In this document: positions 28,931 to 44,121 of the stretch, in pieces
Layout of the letters: every line of letters begins with the position of its first letter
How positions within the stretch are numbered: position 1 is the first letter of the stretch
From: the human T2T-CHM13v2.0 reference genome, Homo sapiens
Strand: one strand, 5' to 3'
Assembly (NCBI RefSeq): GCF_009914755.1
Contig: NC_060930.1
Length of the DNA: 64,000 nucleotides
Notes under the pieces: model-generated
What the model was told of the DNA's origin: nothing
Database searches by the model: none
What the model saw: only the letters and a program-made list of their open reading frames with translations
Made by a program: the position numbers and the translations under genes

Positions 28931-31900
28931 GCATCTTTAAGGTAATATTCTCATCTTTCTCACAAAAACCAGGTGCAAAAATTTCAACTTAATTGAACCT
29001 TGTAATTATTTGTGCTCTGGTTAAGAAAAATGGTTATAGTAGTAAATTCCTTGAAACTCATATAGTAATCGGAATACTCCACTATGATTAGGATAAATAA
29101 TTCTATTAACGATATATATTTAATATATACATATAATTTATATAATTAGTTTCTCACTTAAGAATATTTAGTATTCATTTTTATGAATGCATATTATATT
29201 TACTTATGGTTCGTAAGCCCAAATGTTAGGAAGAAATAAATCAGTAATATTATATTCACTACATTTTTTTTTACTTAGTACCATCAAATATTTACCAGAA
29301 TTATTAGGAGAAATGGTTCTAACTCTCATGTGATTGGTGAGAACTTATGAGGAATGATATATTGTTATTCTAGTAAGAGCCTACTCTGTGCCAGGCACAG
29401 TTCTAAGCACCTTACATATATTACGATAGCTTTTTAACATAGAGATGAAAGGTATAGACATTGTATAAGTAATAAATGACATTACTCCATTATAAATGTG
29501 TTGATAAATATTATTATACATGTCACAATATCAGTTGTGTCATATCAATGACTAATTTATAAATCTGTTACTTATTATAATCTGTTTAATGTGGAAATAA
29601 AAGTTAATGCATCAAAATCCAGAAAATTGCTACTCAAATGCTGGCTAAAGTAATCTGATAGATACAGTTTTAAAATGAAGTATATTAATCAGTTGATTTT
29701 GTTGTTAGATTTTTATATGTAGAAAATTCTGTCTCCAGAATATTCAGTTCTTGTAGTTTTTGGTTAAGATTTTGATTAATCTTCAATGGTTATCTAGTGC
29801 CTTTAAAAAGTAGTCCAACTCAGAATAGCTAATGTATTCCTCTTGCATTGAATAAATATGGCTATCAATTTTTGTGGGGTTTTTTTTCCTGCAGAATTTC
29901 CTGTTATTCTAAGGGATTCAATAGGACTTACACATATAAAACTGAAAATTATATTACTATGGGGAAGCTGCTTTGTGCCTTTCAGAAGGAACTCTCTTGC
30001 TAACTTAAGTACTGTATGTGTGTAGAATAGCTAATATTTTCCTCCCAAGAAATTTCATGTATGCAGTTAAAACACTCTTAAATTGATTAAGGATTTGTTA
30101 TATATTTCCAGAAGCACTCAAGAGTACTTTTATGGTTATAAGAGTAGAGTGCATTAGAATGCCAGAAACCAATGAATACGCTAGAGGCCTTCAAAACTGT
30201 GCCCAACATTCCTGACTTTACCATATAAACATGTGGGGTAGCCTGGAAAAACAAAACAACTCTCCTTCCCCCAACGTAGGTGAGGCCTGTGATGATAACA
30301 CTTCAACTGGCTTGAATATTAATTTGATACTTTTCTGTTAGAAGTAATTTTTATTACTTAGCAAATGAAATGGAGAGGTAATAAATATGACTGATATTTA
30401 TTTCTTGAGTAAAGTATTATTTTACATCAGATTCGACCAGTTACCTTTATCCTTTTTGGAAAATGTATTATACAAACTACCACAGTATTTTGCCTATTAA
30501 TCAGGGAAGCTAAAAAACGTTTTATAAACGTTGAATCAAAACTCTCACTGCTGTGAGGGAATTAAATTTCAAGCAATATACTCCTTTTATAGGGTGAGAA
30601 ACTGAAGTATGGAGAAATTACAAGGTTTTCCCAAAGCTATACACTGAGTCATGGCAGACATAGAAATCTACAATTCTGTTTGCCTGATTCAATCTGAAAC
30701 TTCATGAAACGTAATTTATCCATTTCCTGACATGTGCTTTAGAAGTATATTTCCTTATTTGCTTATTTATGCTCTCATTCATTCATTCATGCATGCATTT
30801 ATGCACTATTGACTATGCACTCATTCACTCATTCATGCATTTTAAAAGAATCGGTGTTTTTGTATGATACAGTCTTGATTTAGGGACTATGAATATTCTG
30901 AATTTATATATCTTAGATATTTCTTCAAAGAAACTCATTGCATTTTTTTCACGATCATGAAAAAGAAATTAAGACATTAAGAAAACCAAGCTGGATTGTC
31001 CAAGTGTGGGCCATAGCAGTGTCTATGGGCAGCACCTGAAGCTAATTCAGGAGTGAATCTAGTTTGTTCAAGTGCTTGAACAAGAACTTGGCTGAAGCCC
31101 TGGAGGAGATGCCTGGGGCATAGAGTGGGGACGAGGAAAAACCATAGCACTCTTAGAGAGTACTGTAAGGACTAGTATCCACATCTCTACCACCTGATGT
31201 CTTTACATTTGGTTCAGTCAAGAGAGAGGGGGCAAATTATTCTGCTTCTCATTCTGCCATCTTCCTGATTTCAGTTCTCACGCTTTAAATTCTTTTTTAT
31301 TGCGATCTTTTTCTTACTAGTTTAACCAGTATTTTCCCGCGCTTTCTTCACCAAATTCGTTTCTTTCCATCAGCTTGCGGAGTTATATTTTTTGATCGAA
31401 CTGCTGGGGTTACAAGTAATTTGAAATGAGGAAAGTGTCTAGCAACTTCCCTCAGTCCAGTACCCTGTAACAGAGACTTCAGAGTACGTAGTGATGACAC
31501 CTGCCCTCCTCCCCTTCTATAGAGAGTTTAGTGGGCAACTTTTTTGGCTTGTTCTCTTGTTCTTTTCTTGCAGCCCCAAGACTTAGGACTCAGACTTGGT
31601 TTCTGCTTGTATGGCTCTCCATCTCTTCCCTTGGAAGAGTTCTTTCCCGGGGGCTTTTTAGGTCCAAGAGCATTTGGACCCCTGGGAGATGAACTTGTAG
31701 ATTCTACAAAGAACATCCAAGTACCAGGCAAACCACATCTTCCTGTAGCTTAAACGTTAGTCTTTTTTCCCCCTTCAATTTTACTGAAGAATAATTTAGT
31801 CTCCAACAAACAAGCAAACAGAACCCTAGGGTCTTTCTCAAAGGTGCATTCTTGCTGCTTTGAAGATTATCATCATTAATTTCTATTTCAGCTAATTGGT

Positions 31901-33106
31901 TTTCCTTTACATTTTTATTTGGGTATAAATGTGATACTTTGGTATACATTAATGTTGATCTATATTAATACGTCAATTTATAATTGAGTGATTTAAAAAT
32001 AATGATGCACTATGACCTAGTTTATATCTGCCTTCCACTTAATGCATTTCCTAAGCAATTATGCTTTTGTGGCTGACTGAATTCCCTTATAATTCCCTGT
32101 TGGGAAACAAAGATTTTTTTTTAAATTGAAGAAGTGGTCTTGTTAACCAGGGGCACCGTACTTAACTTGAGAGAAAAAGATTAGGAATGACATGAATGAC
32201 AGCATACTCCTAATATCTAACAGCCTGCCATACATGTGAAAGCAGGACACATAGCAGGGAAGCATAACGTTGAGTTGACTCAAAACACCAAATGTATTTG
32301 ATACATTATTTTCTGAATTCTTACAACTTCAGCCCTTTTAAAGGTCTTTGGATTTTTAGAAGCTATAAGGGCAGTTTTTGGTAAAGGTGGCCCTACTTCT
32401 AATTCAGTTACAGAGTCAGTGGAATGATTTTTATATTCAAATGCTACAGGGGAATTTATTGAGAGGAAAAAGGGTACTCAAACTTTCCTGGATGCCTCAA
32501 TTAAAAATCTGGATCAATAAAATTTCCTCAAGTGTCCCAAATTTAAGGAAAGCAAACAGCATCTTATTTAATTACATTCTTAATTAGTATTCACTATAGA
32601 CACAATTCAAATCAGTAACTTGGCATTAGATGAATCAGATTTATTGCCATATTATATAACTCTCATGTTTACTTTGTTGTGTTTGGGACTTCTCCCTCCC
32701 CATAATAAAGAATATGACTCACAGGTGTCACACCTTGATTCCTGAGAAATTAATGTTATAGAAAAGTTGTTTGGAAAGATATAATTGTGATTTTGTTATT
32801 GTTTTTGTTGTCATTATTTTCTTTTATGGGGATGGGCACACACTTCTTGAGATTTACCAGATTTACCTTGTAGTTCATAAATTATTTCTTTAGCTGTATC
32901 TAATTTGCTGTTTAGTTTGTTTCTTGTAAAAAAATTCAGTGAATATATTTTTAAAAACATTTTTATGGTTCTCTTCCAGGTTTGTGTGTATATTTTTTTC
33001 GTGTGTGGCTTTTCAATTTTATTTCTGTTTCTTTTGTGTCTGTTTTAAGTATACCTATCTAGTTTTTTCCACATTGCTCTGTAGTTTCACATTCTTAGAT
33101 TCCTAA

Positions 33107-33456
<350 letters not shown>

Positions 33457-36400
33457 TGTAGTTTATAACTTTTGGTGGATTTCTCTCTTAGAACCCTTTG
33501 TACTCTGTGGAGCAATTTTGCATTCCCCTGGAGTCTAGGGATTTCAAACCTCTAGGTCAGTCTTTATTTTATTTTATTTTTTTGTCTTGAGGTTTCCATA
33601 CCACAGATGCAGTAAACATTTAGAATTTACATCCTGCAAGGCTGAAGTTTTGATTTATCTCACTCAAGAAATTATTTTCTTTTATTCTCTTCCCAAAGGC
33701 TCCATCATAGGACAGGCTTCTTTGCTGAATCTGATGGTGGGCCGAGTTTTTCTATCCCCCCTCCAATAAATGTGACAAACTTTTTAGACTCCTTCCTCTG
33801 TGGATTGCCTCTTGCTTTTGCTTCCTGCCCATCGCCATAAAAGAAGATAATGACAACAAAACAATAACAACACAAATGTAAACGTACCTTTTCCTCTTAA
33901 CTTTTCCATATCATCAATTTCTCATGAATTAAGGTGTGATACCTGAAAGTCACATTTGCCTTATCAGTTATATTCATATAGTTCCTTTGTCTTATTGATG
34001 TATCTCTCATATTATCCCTCATATCCACTTCTCCAGGCCTTTTTCCACCCCATGTCAGTCTAGATTCTCTTGGCTTCTCACTTGGAGCGTCACAGCAGCC
34101 TTTAAGTTGCCACTTAACTCCACTTCTTGTTCATCTTGTTTGTCAGAAATCTGAAGTAGATGTGTTGTTGCAATGATATCACATGTGCCATTCTTTGTTT
34201 TGGGGGTTTTAAGGCTTTTAAGGTTATCAAAATATTGTAATAACCAATTGTCTTAATTGTATTTTGTACTTATTCTCCTGCTTTTGCCAACTTAAAATGT
34301 CTTAACATCCTGTTAATACTGAATGCTGATGCTTTCCTATTCCCTTTTCTTTCACATGTCCGTCTATAATTGTTTATTGATTATATCAGTCTCTCAACAC
34401 TAAAGGCACCAGTCACAACTTTGATGTTATACAGAATGACAACTAAAAGGTGACAAATGCTAATGACTTAATCGAGGAGTTGTTCATTTTTACAAGCTTA
34501 CCTGAGTTCAGAGAATTGGTAAAAGACTGGTGACTTTTGGCTACTATCTAAATATAATTGGTTAATGTAGCTCCTGGAGATCAGTGGTTAGTATAATACT
34601 CTTAGTTGAGCAGGGTTAAAAATAATTACATTTGTTTAAGTTGCAGATACTACTCTACTGTACAGCAAAGAATGTTAAAATGTTTTAATTCAGTATATGA
34701 AGAGCAAAATATAAAAACAGGTTTTCTTCCACTCTCACTAGCAAGCAAAGTGGTCTGTATTTTTGAAATATATTTTTTGTTTAATCATAACAAAATATAA
34801 TACAAATGTTATTAAAAGCCCTATTTTATGGATGAAGACAGTGATATTTAGAGATATTAATTAGCTTTTCCAAGATCATACATTTATCCAGTAGTAAAAG
34901 CAAGTTTTCACAAGCTGATCTATTTTATTCCAGTCTTTATTTGGAATCACTAAACTTACATTCCCTTTAGCAAAACTATCGTTTACATTTCTAGGGTTTC
35001 AAGAGTTCAATGCTAAACTTGGGAGATCTATTCTTAAATTCTCTCAAAGTGCAACACATTTTCCTCAGGATGATCATAAAGTCATCAGATGTGTGTTAAG
35101 CAATATATATAGTCATATACTCTTGATCAAAAAAGGTTTCCAGGTTACACAGAAGAGAGATTTATGGCTGAGAAAAAGGCAGATTGCTTCTAAGAAAGGC
35201 TTCAAATATATTCTCTTCTGACAGGCTACAGGAGAGCCAGCTAGATGAACCATTACAGTGTGTACAAAATGCTCAGCAGAATAATTTCTCAGTACTGGTA
35301 GGGAAGAGCAATAGGAGTAACACAAGAGAAGGAAAGTTGGTCTGCAGAGTCTGCCTTAGTATCCGTAGGGGTGATGAGGTTGCTTGGGCTAAGAATTCTT
35401 TCACATGTCTCCCTGGGACAATTCACTCAGAATTACTTCTGTGTTTTCTAGGCTATCTAGGCAACCATCACCAATTAGCAAACACAGACAAAATAGAACA
35501 CCTTGTTTGGACCTGCTTGTCAAAAATCAAATGATCATAATTTATAATTCCAGGAAGACTTGCCATCAAATGAACTTATGACAAATGACCCAAATGATTC
35601 TCACAAAGTAGAGCTTGTTGTAACTTTTAGCATGAGAAGTATGAACCCCATTACCATTTTTTAAACATTTTGAGTTAAATGGACCGTTTTGCAAAGTCCA
35701 TGTTCTATCTTTATAGACAGCTCAAAAATAGCTCAGCATCTAGTTTGTAGGTTGGCTCCATTTAAGGAGCTTGAAGTCAGGCAAGGTGCTCATTACTATT
35801 CATCCAGATCTGTTTCTTGGACACCTCAGCTGTTTTTCTTTTCTACGGCCAGGGAGGAGAGTCATGTGCATAGTCCAAGAATGTGCATCTCCATGTCTCT
35901 GAACAGTTGGCCATAGAATTGGAGCTAGGTGTTCTTTGTGCCATTGGCTTTCCTCTCTGGCATGCTTCCCGGGTGGTTGGAGCCAGCCAGTGCCTGATCC
36001 AGCTTCACAGACCCAGTAATGAAATTTGGAGGGCAGAGTAGGTAACTAGGTACACAAGAATTGTAAAGCAATGCCCATCTGGACAGTTGATCACAACTAT
36101 AACTTCTCAATAATGTAACAGGAATATAAACTGTTAGACTTCCTATACCATTGCAATATAAAGAAGATAATTGAAGGCCGTGAAGATAGCTCATGAAATG
36201 CAAGGAAGAATTGGACAACTAAGCAACAGGAAGAGCAGAGAAACAGTGAGACTTTGGGAGTCACAAGATCTGGGTGCTTAAATTCTGCCAGGACTTTCTT
36301 GCCATCTTCATTTTTGCTCCTCTTTCTCGGTCAGTTCTCTTCTGTCTTTCCCTACAGACCAGCTTTTTTCCACATGGATATGAAACGTTTCCAAGTTTTA

Positions 36401-37735
36401 TATCCTAGGGGTTTTGCCACTGAAGGAGGACTAGCCTGATATTTTCCCAGACTCATATCCTAAGGAAGATGAATCATTAGATCCAAGTAATTTCGTGCAA
36501 CTGGAGAAGACTTGCAGACCCTACCTAATGGGTTAAGCTGGATATGCATCTGTGGGAGGGAGATATGTTTTGTGGGTATAATACACATGCAAGCAAACCT
36601 TAATATTGTACAAGATACGCTTCTGAAAATTTACTTGCAGTTTGAAAATCTGGAAGCCAAACAGTAGACCAACTGTTGTGAGTGTTAGAATTTAGTGTAA
36701 TGGCACTTTCTGTGACCCAGGCAACTCTGCATAGGCAGAAAGATTCTTGAAAGCCCCACCCAGGTTGGAAAGGGTCTGTGTCAGAGGTCATGAGTGGGAC
36801 TCTTCAGGCACCTGTTTCCCCATCCCAAGGTCTGCACATGGACTGGAACAAAAGTTTTGGCAGCTGCAATTTTTAAATCTTTTCCCAAGGGTATCTAGGG
36901 ATTTAAAGCAGTAGGGAATGTACTCCCCCACTTTCCCTTGTTTTCCTTTTCACTGCAGCAAGAGGCAAGTATAGCCCTCAGCCCTGCTTGTACCCTCACA
37001 GGAGACTCATGTACAGGTCCCGGGCTCTGGCTGCAGGACAGTGTGAGGCTGCTGACAGGGCGAGAGAATGGCGAGAACAATGGAACAGGACTGAGGGAGA
37101 AGGAAGAGGAATCGTCCCCAGAACTACTACTTGGGACGGTGGTCCCAGGGAGCAAAAAACACCCCTGGAGCCCCTTCAAGGGGCCTTTTGGCAGAGCGGT
37201 ACTACCGCTAGACACTGCCATGGCTGCAGGTAGGACTGATTAAAGAATTTCTGATTTCTTCTGAGGACAGGGTAAAGCTCTGAATTGTTTTTAGAGACTG
37301 CATTCAGATCTATATTTCGGAACCATCACTCTGGTTGCACTGTGAACGGTAACGTCCAGGGAGCAGGACTGGAGGGAAGGAGACCATTACGTGGCTGTTG
37401 CTCCTGCCCAAGCAGGGAACAATGATGGCGGAACGCCTGTACTGGCAGAGAGGAGAGAGAGGAGGGATTTGGCGAACTTTTGGAGGTATTGGTAGGACTT
37501 GGTAATATATTGAATGTGGAGAGCAAATGGGCAGGGAGTCAGTGACAAAGCCTAGGTGTTTGGCTTTGATGACTGGCTATGCCTGTGCCGGTTGTGTACA
37601 GAATCCAGAGGTTTAGCGTTTCCATGTGCAGCGTCGGTCCTCATTCCGCGGCAGCCTGGTGTGGAGTTGAGATGTGCCCCCTCCACTCCATGTTCACGTT
37701 TCTTTAGCCAGAGCAAAGCATGCCTGGACAACCTA

Positions 37736-37858
37736 GGTTTCTTTCTTTCTTTCTTTCTTTTCTCTAGAGAGAGAGGGTCTCCGCTCTGTCACCTAGAAGA
37801 AGTGCAGTGTCGTGATCATAGCTCACTGCAGCCTTGAACTCCTGGCCTCAAGTGATCA
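37736..37858 (-). mobile_element. Alu monomer fragment (FLAM/AluJ)
   Basis: gtgatcatagctcactgcagccttgaactcctggcctcaagtgatc. Confidence 0.8.
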
Positions 37859-38172
37859 GAGGATTAGGTGTACTTCTCTACAAACTTCTCAAACCTCCTT
37901 CAGCATCTCATTCCTTAAGGGACCTTACAGTCTCTCCCACCTGGACGGCGCCATGGTGCCTCATTCCATTTCTGAGAATTGTCTTAAAACTTTATATAGA
38001 AACTTGCTATTATGTATTTAAATGAGAAGAAATGTTGAATTTGTAATTCTAATTTTCTAAGACAAGAGTTTGTAGCTCGCTTCTAGCAGAGTTAAAGAAA
38101 AAGATATGATGAATGGTCTATATATTGAAAACTGCAGAAGAAATAATCTAATATGGAATGGGTGAGGTTGCT

Positions 38173-38251
38173 ACAGGTGGTGCAAAAATAATTGCGGTTT
38201 TTGCTATTACTTTCAGTGGCAAAAACCGCAATTGTTTTTGCACAAACCTAA
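38173..38251. mobile_element. MADE1 mariner MITE (palindromic)
   Basis: ggtgcaaaaataattgcggtttttgc...gcaaaaaccgcaattgtttttgcacaaacctaa, ~80 bp. Confidence 0.92.
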
Positions 38252-38975
38252 TAATACTGTTTGAAATTCATATTTTCTGGTGGAACAGTCTTGAGATAGA
38301 GCGGGAACTAGATTATTGGCTCATAAAACAGCATGCAGTTACTGTTATTCCTTAATCTTATATCTTTATTATGAGGTAATGCTTCTCTTACTTGATTTGG
38401 AGAATGTTCTCATCTTTTTCTCATATATTTGTGAAAACTAAATGTTAAAGGAATTAACATAACAACCATTGCTAAATTATGATGTAAAATAATACTGTGT
38501 CTGCAATTAGCCTAGGTAGTTTTACTTGGTTCAATAATATAAAATCACTAGGCTCATAATATTTTAGTACCTTAGTGTGATTGGCCAAGAAAAAAATTCA
38601 CGTTACCATAAAAAGTCAAACCAAGTAACAATTAATCTAAATTTCAAGGAAATATAAAGCAAAGTATTATGTTGTAACATGGAACATTAATGTAAATAAC
38701 TCCCCAACAGTTCATGAAATAGATTCTGAACTGGCAGTTGACAAAGAAAGGCTAGTTTTGGCTTAATTCTCTTATGCTCCAATATCTTTCCTGAAGTCTT
38801 ATTTAATTTCACTTGCGTTAGCAACAGTACTCTGAGATGGTGGTGCATCTGGAAAATTATCACTTCTTTCCTGACAATCAGTATCTTTAATTTAATTCTT
38901 ACATATGCTTTCTGGAAATATTACATTCATACTTTGATGACGTCTTAAAAATAATTTCAATGTAATAATTATACA

Positions 38976-39443
38976 TGTGTGGTGAGTAAATTGTGTTCCG
39001 TAAAAGATACTTTTAAATCCTAATGTCTGTATTTGGGAATGTGACCTCATTTGGAAACAGGGTCTTTGCAGGTATGATCAAGTTAAAATGAGATTTTACT
39101 GGATTAGGATGGGTCCTAATACAATGACTGTTGTACTTAAGAGGAAAATTTGTACAGAGACATACACACACACAAAAGAATGCCATGTAACGTTAGGCAC
39201 GGAGAACATCATGTGACAATGAAGGCAGAGATTGGAGTGATGCATCTATGAGCCAAGGATGGCCAGCAACCCCCAGAAGCTGGGGAGAGACAAAGGATGC
39301 TTCCCTAGGATCTCCAGAGCAAGCATAAATCTGCCAGCACCTTGATTTAGGACTTCTTTCCTCCAGAACTGTGAGAATAGATTTCAGTTCTAAGCCACCC
39401 AGTTTGTGGTACTTTGTTATAGGAGTCCTAGGAAACTAATGCA
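38976..39443 (+). mobile_element. MLT1B/C solo LTR
   Basis: gaatgtgacctcatttggaaacagggtctttgcag...gaaggcagagattggagtgatgc...ctaggaaactaatgca. Confidence 0.85.
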
Positions 39444-40245
39444 ACATGCTATGTTGTAAATAAACAGTAGTTCTAATTGGTATAAATAATAATTTTAAGT
39501 ATATTTTATTATTAGGTCAGGTGAGTAGGAAATTGCCTGGTAGACTAATTATCAATGTTGTATTTTCTGAAAAGTTAAAATATTCCCATTCAGTAAATAA
39601 TACTTGTCTAAAAGTTTCTATCTGTATTGTCCTAAAACAAAGCAAAAATTAAAATGGAGTCAGTTATGTACCTGAAAAATGTGAAAAAGGAAAGAAAAAT
39701 CTTTTAGGAAAGATTTTTCCTAAAATGGCTATACATTTGAGAAAGAATTTTAAAACTTAAATCATCTGGCTGTTTATTCCATTTTTTTGTTTACATTATC
39801 AGATACATTATGTATGATTTCATACATTATGTATGTTACATTCAATCAATATTTATTAAATACCTAAAATTTGCTAGGCCTTGAGCTAGGTATTGTAGAT
39901 AGGTAAATAAGACAAACATTCCCTTCCCCTAAAGAGATTATTTTGGCATGAAATTTAATCTGTAGAAGAAGTGAAAGAGGCCATTTGCAGAGTCTACCAT
40001 GAAAATTCATTTTCACTATCTGCTGTAGTTTTACCTGATCCTGTGAAACCATTTTAGCATCATTTGGTTTTACTTTGTGCTTCTGTATTATATTGGAGAA
40101 AATAAAATTTACTTATTGCACAGACAACATAAAATTAATTAAAGTATGTGAAACCAAAAATGTAATTGTTTATCAAATTTTTTTTAGTGTTTCCCATTCA
40201 TCAGTATCCAAATACATTCTTAGTTGTGCATCCATGTTAGCATAA

Positions 40246-40671
<426 letters not shown>

Positions 40672-41895
40672 TAATCCACTGCAAAGATGAGGCTGTTTCT
40701 AGTTTTCATTGTCATGAATTATTCTGTAGTTTATATTTTACGAGTTTTTTTGGGGAAAGGTTACTTCTTAGGAAAGTTAATACTGGGTAAAAGGGCTTAA
40801 ACATATTTATAGCTTTTAAAGTACAGAGATGGATTGCTTTCTAAAAATATTAGAAAACGACATTGTTACTAGCAAATGGTTGAGGACACCGTGTTCACAG
40901 TGTTTCTGATATTAAGTATTATCAATATATAAATAGTTTGGGCATTGAATATGTATACAATAATCCAAGAAACATGTACTTATTGCTCAGATTTATGTAT
41001 TTCAGTAACTGAAAGTGAACGCTTTTCCATATATTAGTTTATTATTTACATTTTCTTATAATAAATTATGTTCTCCTACTCTTTCCTAATCATTTAGTGG
41101 GCATTTAAACTTCGCCTCACTAATTTTTATGTCCTCAGTAAGTGTATATATAGTCACATTTATTTACTAAAGATATTTTCCATAATCTGTTGTATCCTTT
41201 TACTTTTGGGGCTGTTTTTCTTTATTCAGAAATGCAAAGGTTTTGCTTTGTTTTGTTTATGTAGGCAATGAATTGTATGGTCTCTTTGCAATCCAATGCA
41301 GTATTTTTGCCATTTATGTAATCCATGTATCTATCAGAGTAAGAAGGAACATCAGATTTTCCTTGGAAAGAGAGCACTTGGCTAATTTGTTATCAAGGTA
41401 ATGAGGAGAAAATGGCTCTAAAGGAGATGGCCAGCCACAGTTCAGTCTGGGAGAATAGAGGGATTGACATGAGGTGGGCAGGTGTCAAGTCTTGGGCAGC
41501 TCTGTGCCTGCTGACCAGTGGCCAGCACTTAACTATTTGCGTGCATCATTTCCAAGGTGAACCTGAGCCAGAGTGGTCTTGGTTACTTGGGCCAGGGGAC
41601 AGTTCACAGGACCAAGGATCAATGGGTCAGCTAGGAAAGGATAAGCAAGAAAGGGATTAGCAGGAATCAGGACCAGGCTGAGATACCCAGATTTGAGGGG
41701 AGGAACCAGTGCATCAGGAGGAGAAGAGGGAGAGTGGGAGGAGGAAGGTGGGCGTGTGAGCTAAGAGGCAAAAAGCTGGGCTTTTCCATCACGGTTTCTT
41801 AGCCTCCACACCCCATGCTGTCCCAACACAAAAACACCACCGTAAATCTAGAACTCTCTGCCTACTTATACTCCTGAATTCAAATGTGTACTGCT

Positions 41896-42201
41896 GGCTG
41901 GGCATGGTGGCTCATGCGTGTAATCCCAGCACTTTGAGAGGCTGAGGCAGGCAGATCACCTGAGGCCAGGGGTTCGAGAGCAGCCTGGCCAACATGGTGA
42001 GACCCTGTCTCTACTAAAAATGCAAAAATTAGCCAGGCGTGGTGGCACGCTCCTGTAGTCCCAGCTACTTGGGAGGCTGAGTCACAACAGTCACTTGAAC
42101 CCACGAGGCAGAGGTCGCAGTGAGCTGAGATTATGCCACTGCACTACAACCTGGGCGACAGAGCAGGACTTCATCTCAAAGACACAAAACAAACAAAAAA
42201 A
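41896..42201 (+). mobile_element. AluS
   Basis: Full dimer; TSD aatgtgtactgc. Confidence 0.95.
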
Positions 42202-44121
42202 CCGAATGTGTACTGCATCAACTTTCAGTGTGCTTGATAATCCACCATATCCTATATACCCTCCCTTCCCTTTTCATATGCAGTTTAAAATTGTGCTTTT
42301 CTTCGAAATGATGCTTTCCTAGTTTTGGAGTATTTTAAATCAATATCTCACTGAAACTGTCACATTATATACATGTGTTATTATTATTTTCTGACTTTTA
42401 AGAATGAAAAAAACATACCTTTGATCTGTGTCTCTGTTTATATATGCATAAAACTTTTGCAATTTACATTTTAAATTTCTCTTGTAATTTTTAAAACGTC
42501 TTGTGATCTAATAAGGAAAGTAACATGTACTTTGGAAAATATTGCAAAGCATAAAAGAAATTGAAGAAATTAAGACCATGCCTACTTGGATGCAGTAGGG
42601 AATATATGACTGGATATATGTAAAACTGAGCAAAACATCTACTGATATTGAATATTCAATAAACTGAATTGGCATCTGTATTAGGGTTCTCTAGAGGGAC
42701 AGAACTAATAGGATATATATATATATGGGAGTTTATTAAGTATTAACTTACACTTATTATTAACTTAACTTACCCTTAACAATCACAGGGTCCTCCAATA
42801 GGCTGTCTGCAAGCTGAGGAGCAAGGAGAGCCAGTGCGAGTCCCAAAACTGAAGCACTTGGAGCCTGATGTTCAAGGACAGGAAGTATCCAGCATGGGAG
42901 AAAGATATAGGCTGGAAGGCTAGGCCAGTCTCTCTTTTTCACATTTTTCTACCTGCTTTATATTCACTGGCAGCGGATTAGATTGTACCCACCAGATTAA
43001 GGGTGGATCTGCCTTCTTCAGCCCACTGACTCAAATGTTAATCTGTTTTGGCAACACCCTCACAGACACACCCAGGGTCAATACTTTGTATCCTTCAATC
43101 CAATCAAGTTGACATTCAGTATTAACCATCACAAGTCCACCCCTTGTCAACTTGAACCCATATACATCTCCTGAGATTATACATCATCTTCAAATAAAGA
43201 CAATAATAAGGTCATAATTATACCTAACATAATACAGCTGTCCTTTGTATAACCGGAAATGCACCAATCCCCAACCCAAATACTATTACATAAAGTTAAC
43301 AATATTTAAATGCCGATATGAAGTCAATAAATCTTATGTCACATGATAAAGGAAAAGGAAATAAAGGTATTTTCTTAGTACAAGTGTATACATGCACAAA
43401 CATGTTTTTAACAAAAGAAGGAGGAAATACTCATGACAATTACAGTCCCCGTTTCTGCAGTGGTCTCGTGGTCGTAGATGCTATTGATGACTAACTTCTT
43501 CTACTACCCATTCTGTATTCCCTTTGCCTTCAGCAAGCACCTCAACAGGTCATGTTTTTTTTTCCTTGTGGAGTGACCCAAACCTTCATTCCTGGGGGAT
43601 CTGGGCCATTTCTAGTCCTGCCTGGATTGGGCTGTTGTAGTTTCCCATTGACCTTAATCATAGGGCGTGGTAATACTAAGAGACACCCTAATGGATCTCC
43701 TGTATTCCATGCATACTCTTCCTTACCTCCGTTGTGGAGTAATAGACTGATTTCATCTTGAAAGTCTGGGTCAGTCAGTCACCCCAGCCAACAATGTAAC
43801 TCCCCTCTTAGCCTGTTGACTTAAAGGTAGGAGGAGCCCAAAGTGTCCAGGTGGCAATGTTAACATCCAGTTTAATGGAATCGTTGTTGTCTCTCCTGGT
43901 GGCAGTGTTCCTCCCTCTGGAACTAAGACCTCTAGGCCAGCAGAAGGTAATGTCGTGGGAACATTTTGCTAGTGGAAGGAAAAATTTTGCTAGTGAATCA
44001 CTAGGGGTGATGGTGAGTGGTGCCACTTCCACTTCCACCCTTGATTCGTGAACCCGTGAATCCTGGCTATGGGAGAGACAGTGCCATATATTGGATGCTG
44101 ATTCAGAGCGTACATGGCTTT

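Noticed and set aside
30770-30842. Quasi-repeated (TTCA)/(ATGC) tract
   Set aside because: Decayed simple repeat, typical of L2 tails.
35050-37250. GC-richer blocks with several ORFs (e.g. 36895-37243)
   Set aside because: Probably very old LTR-type repeats. I could not assign a family or see exon structure, so they are not called.
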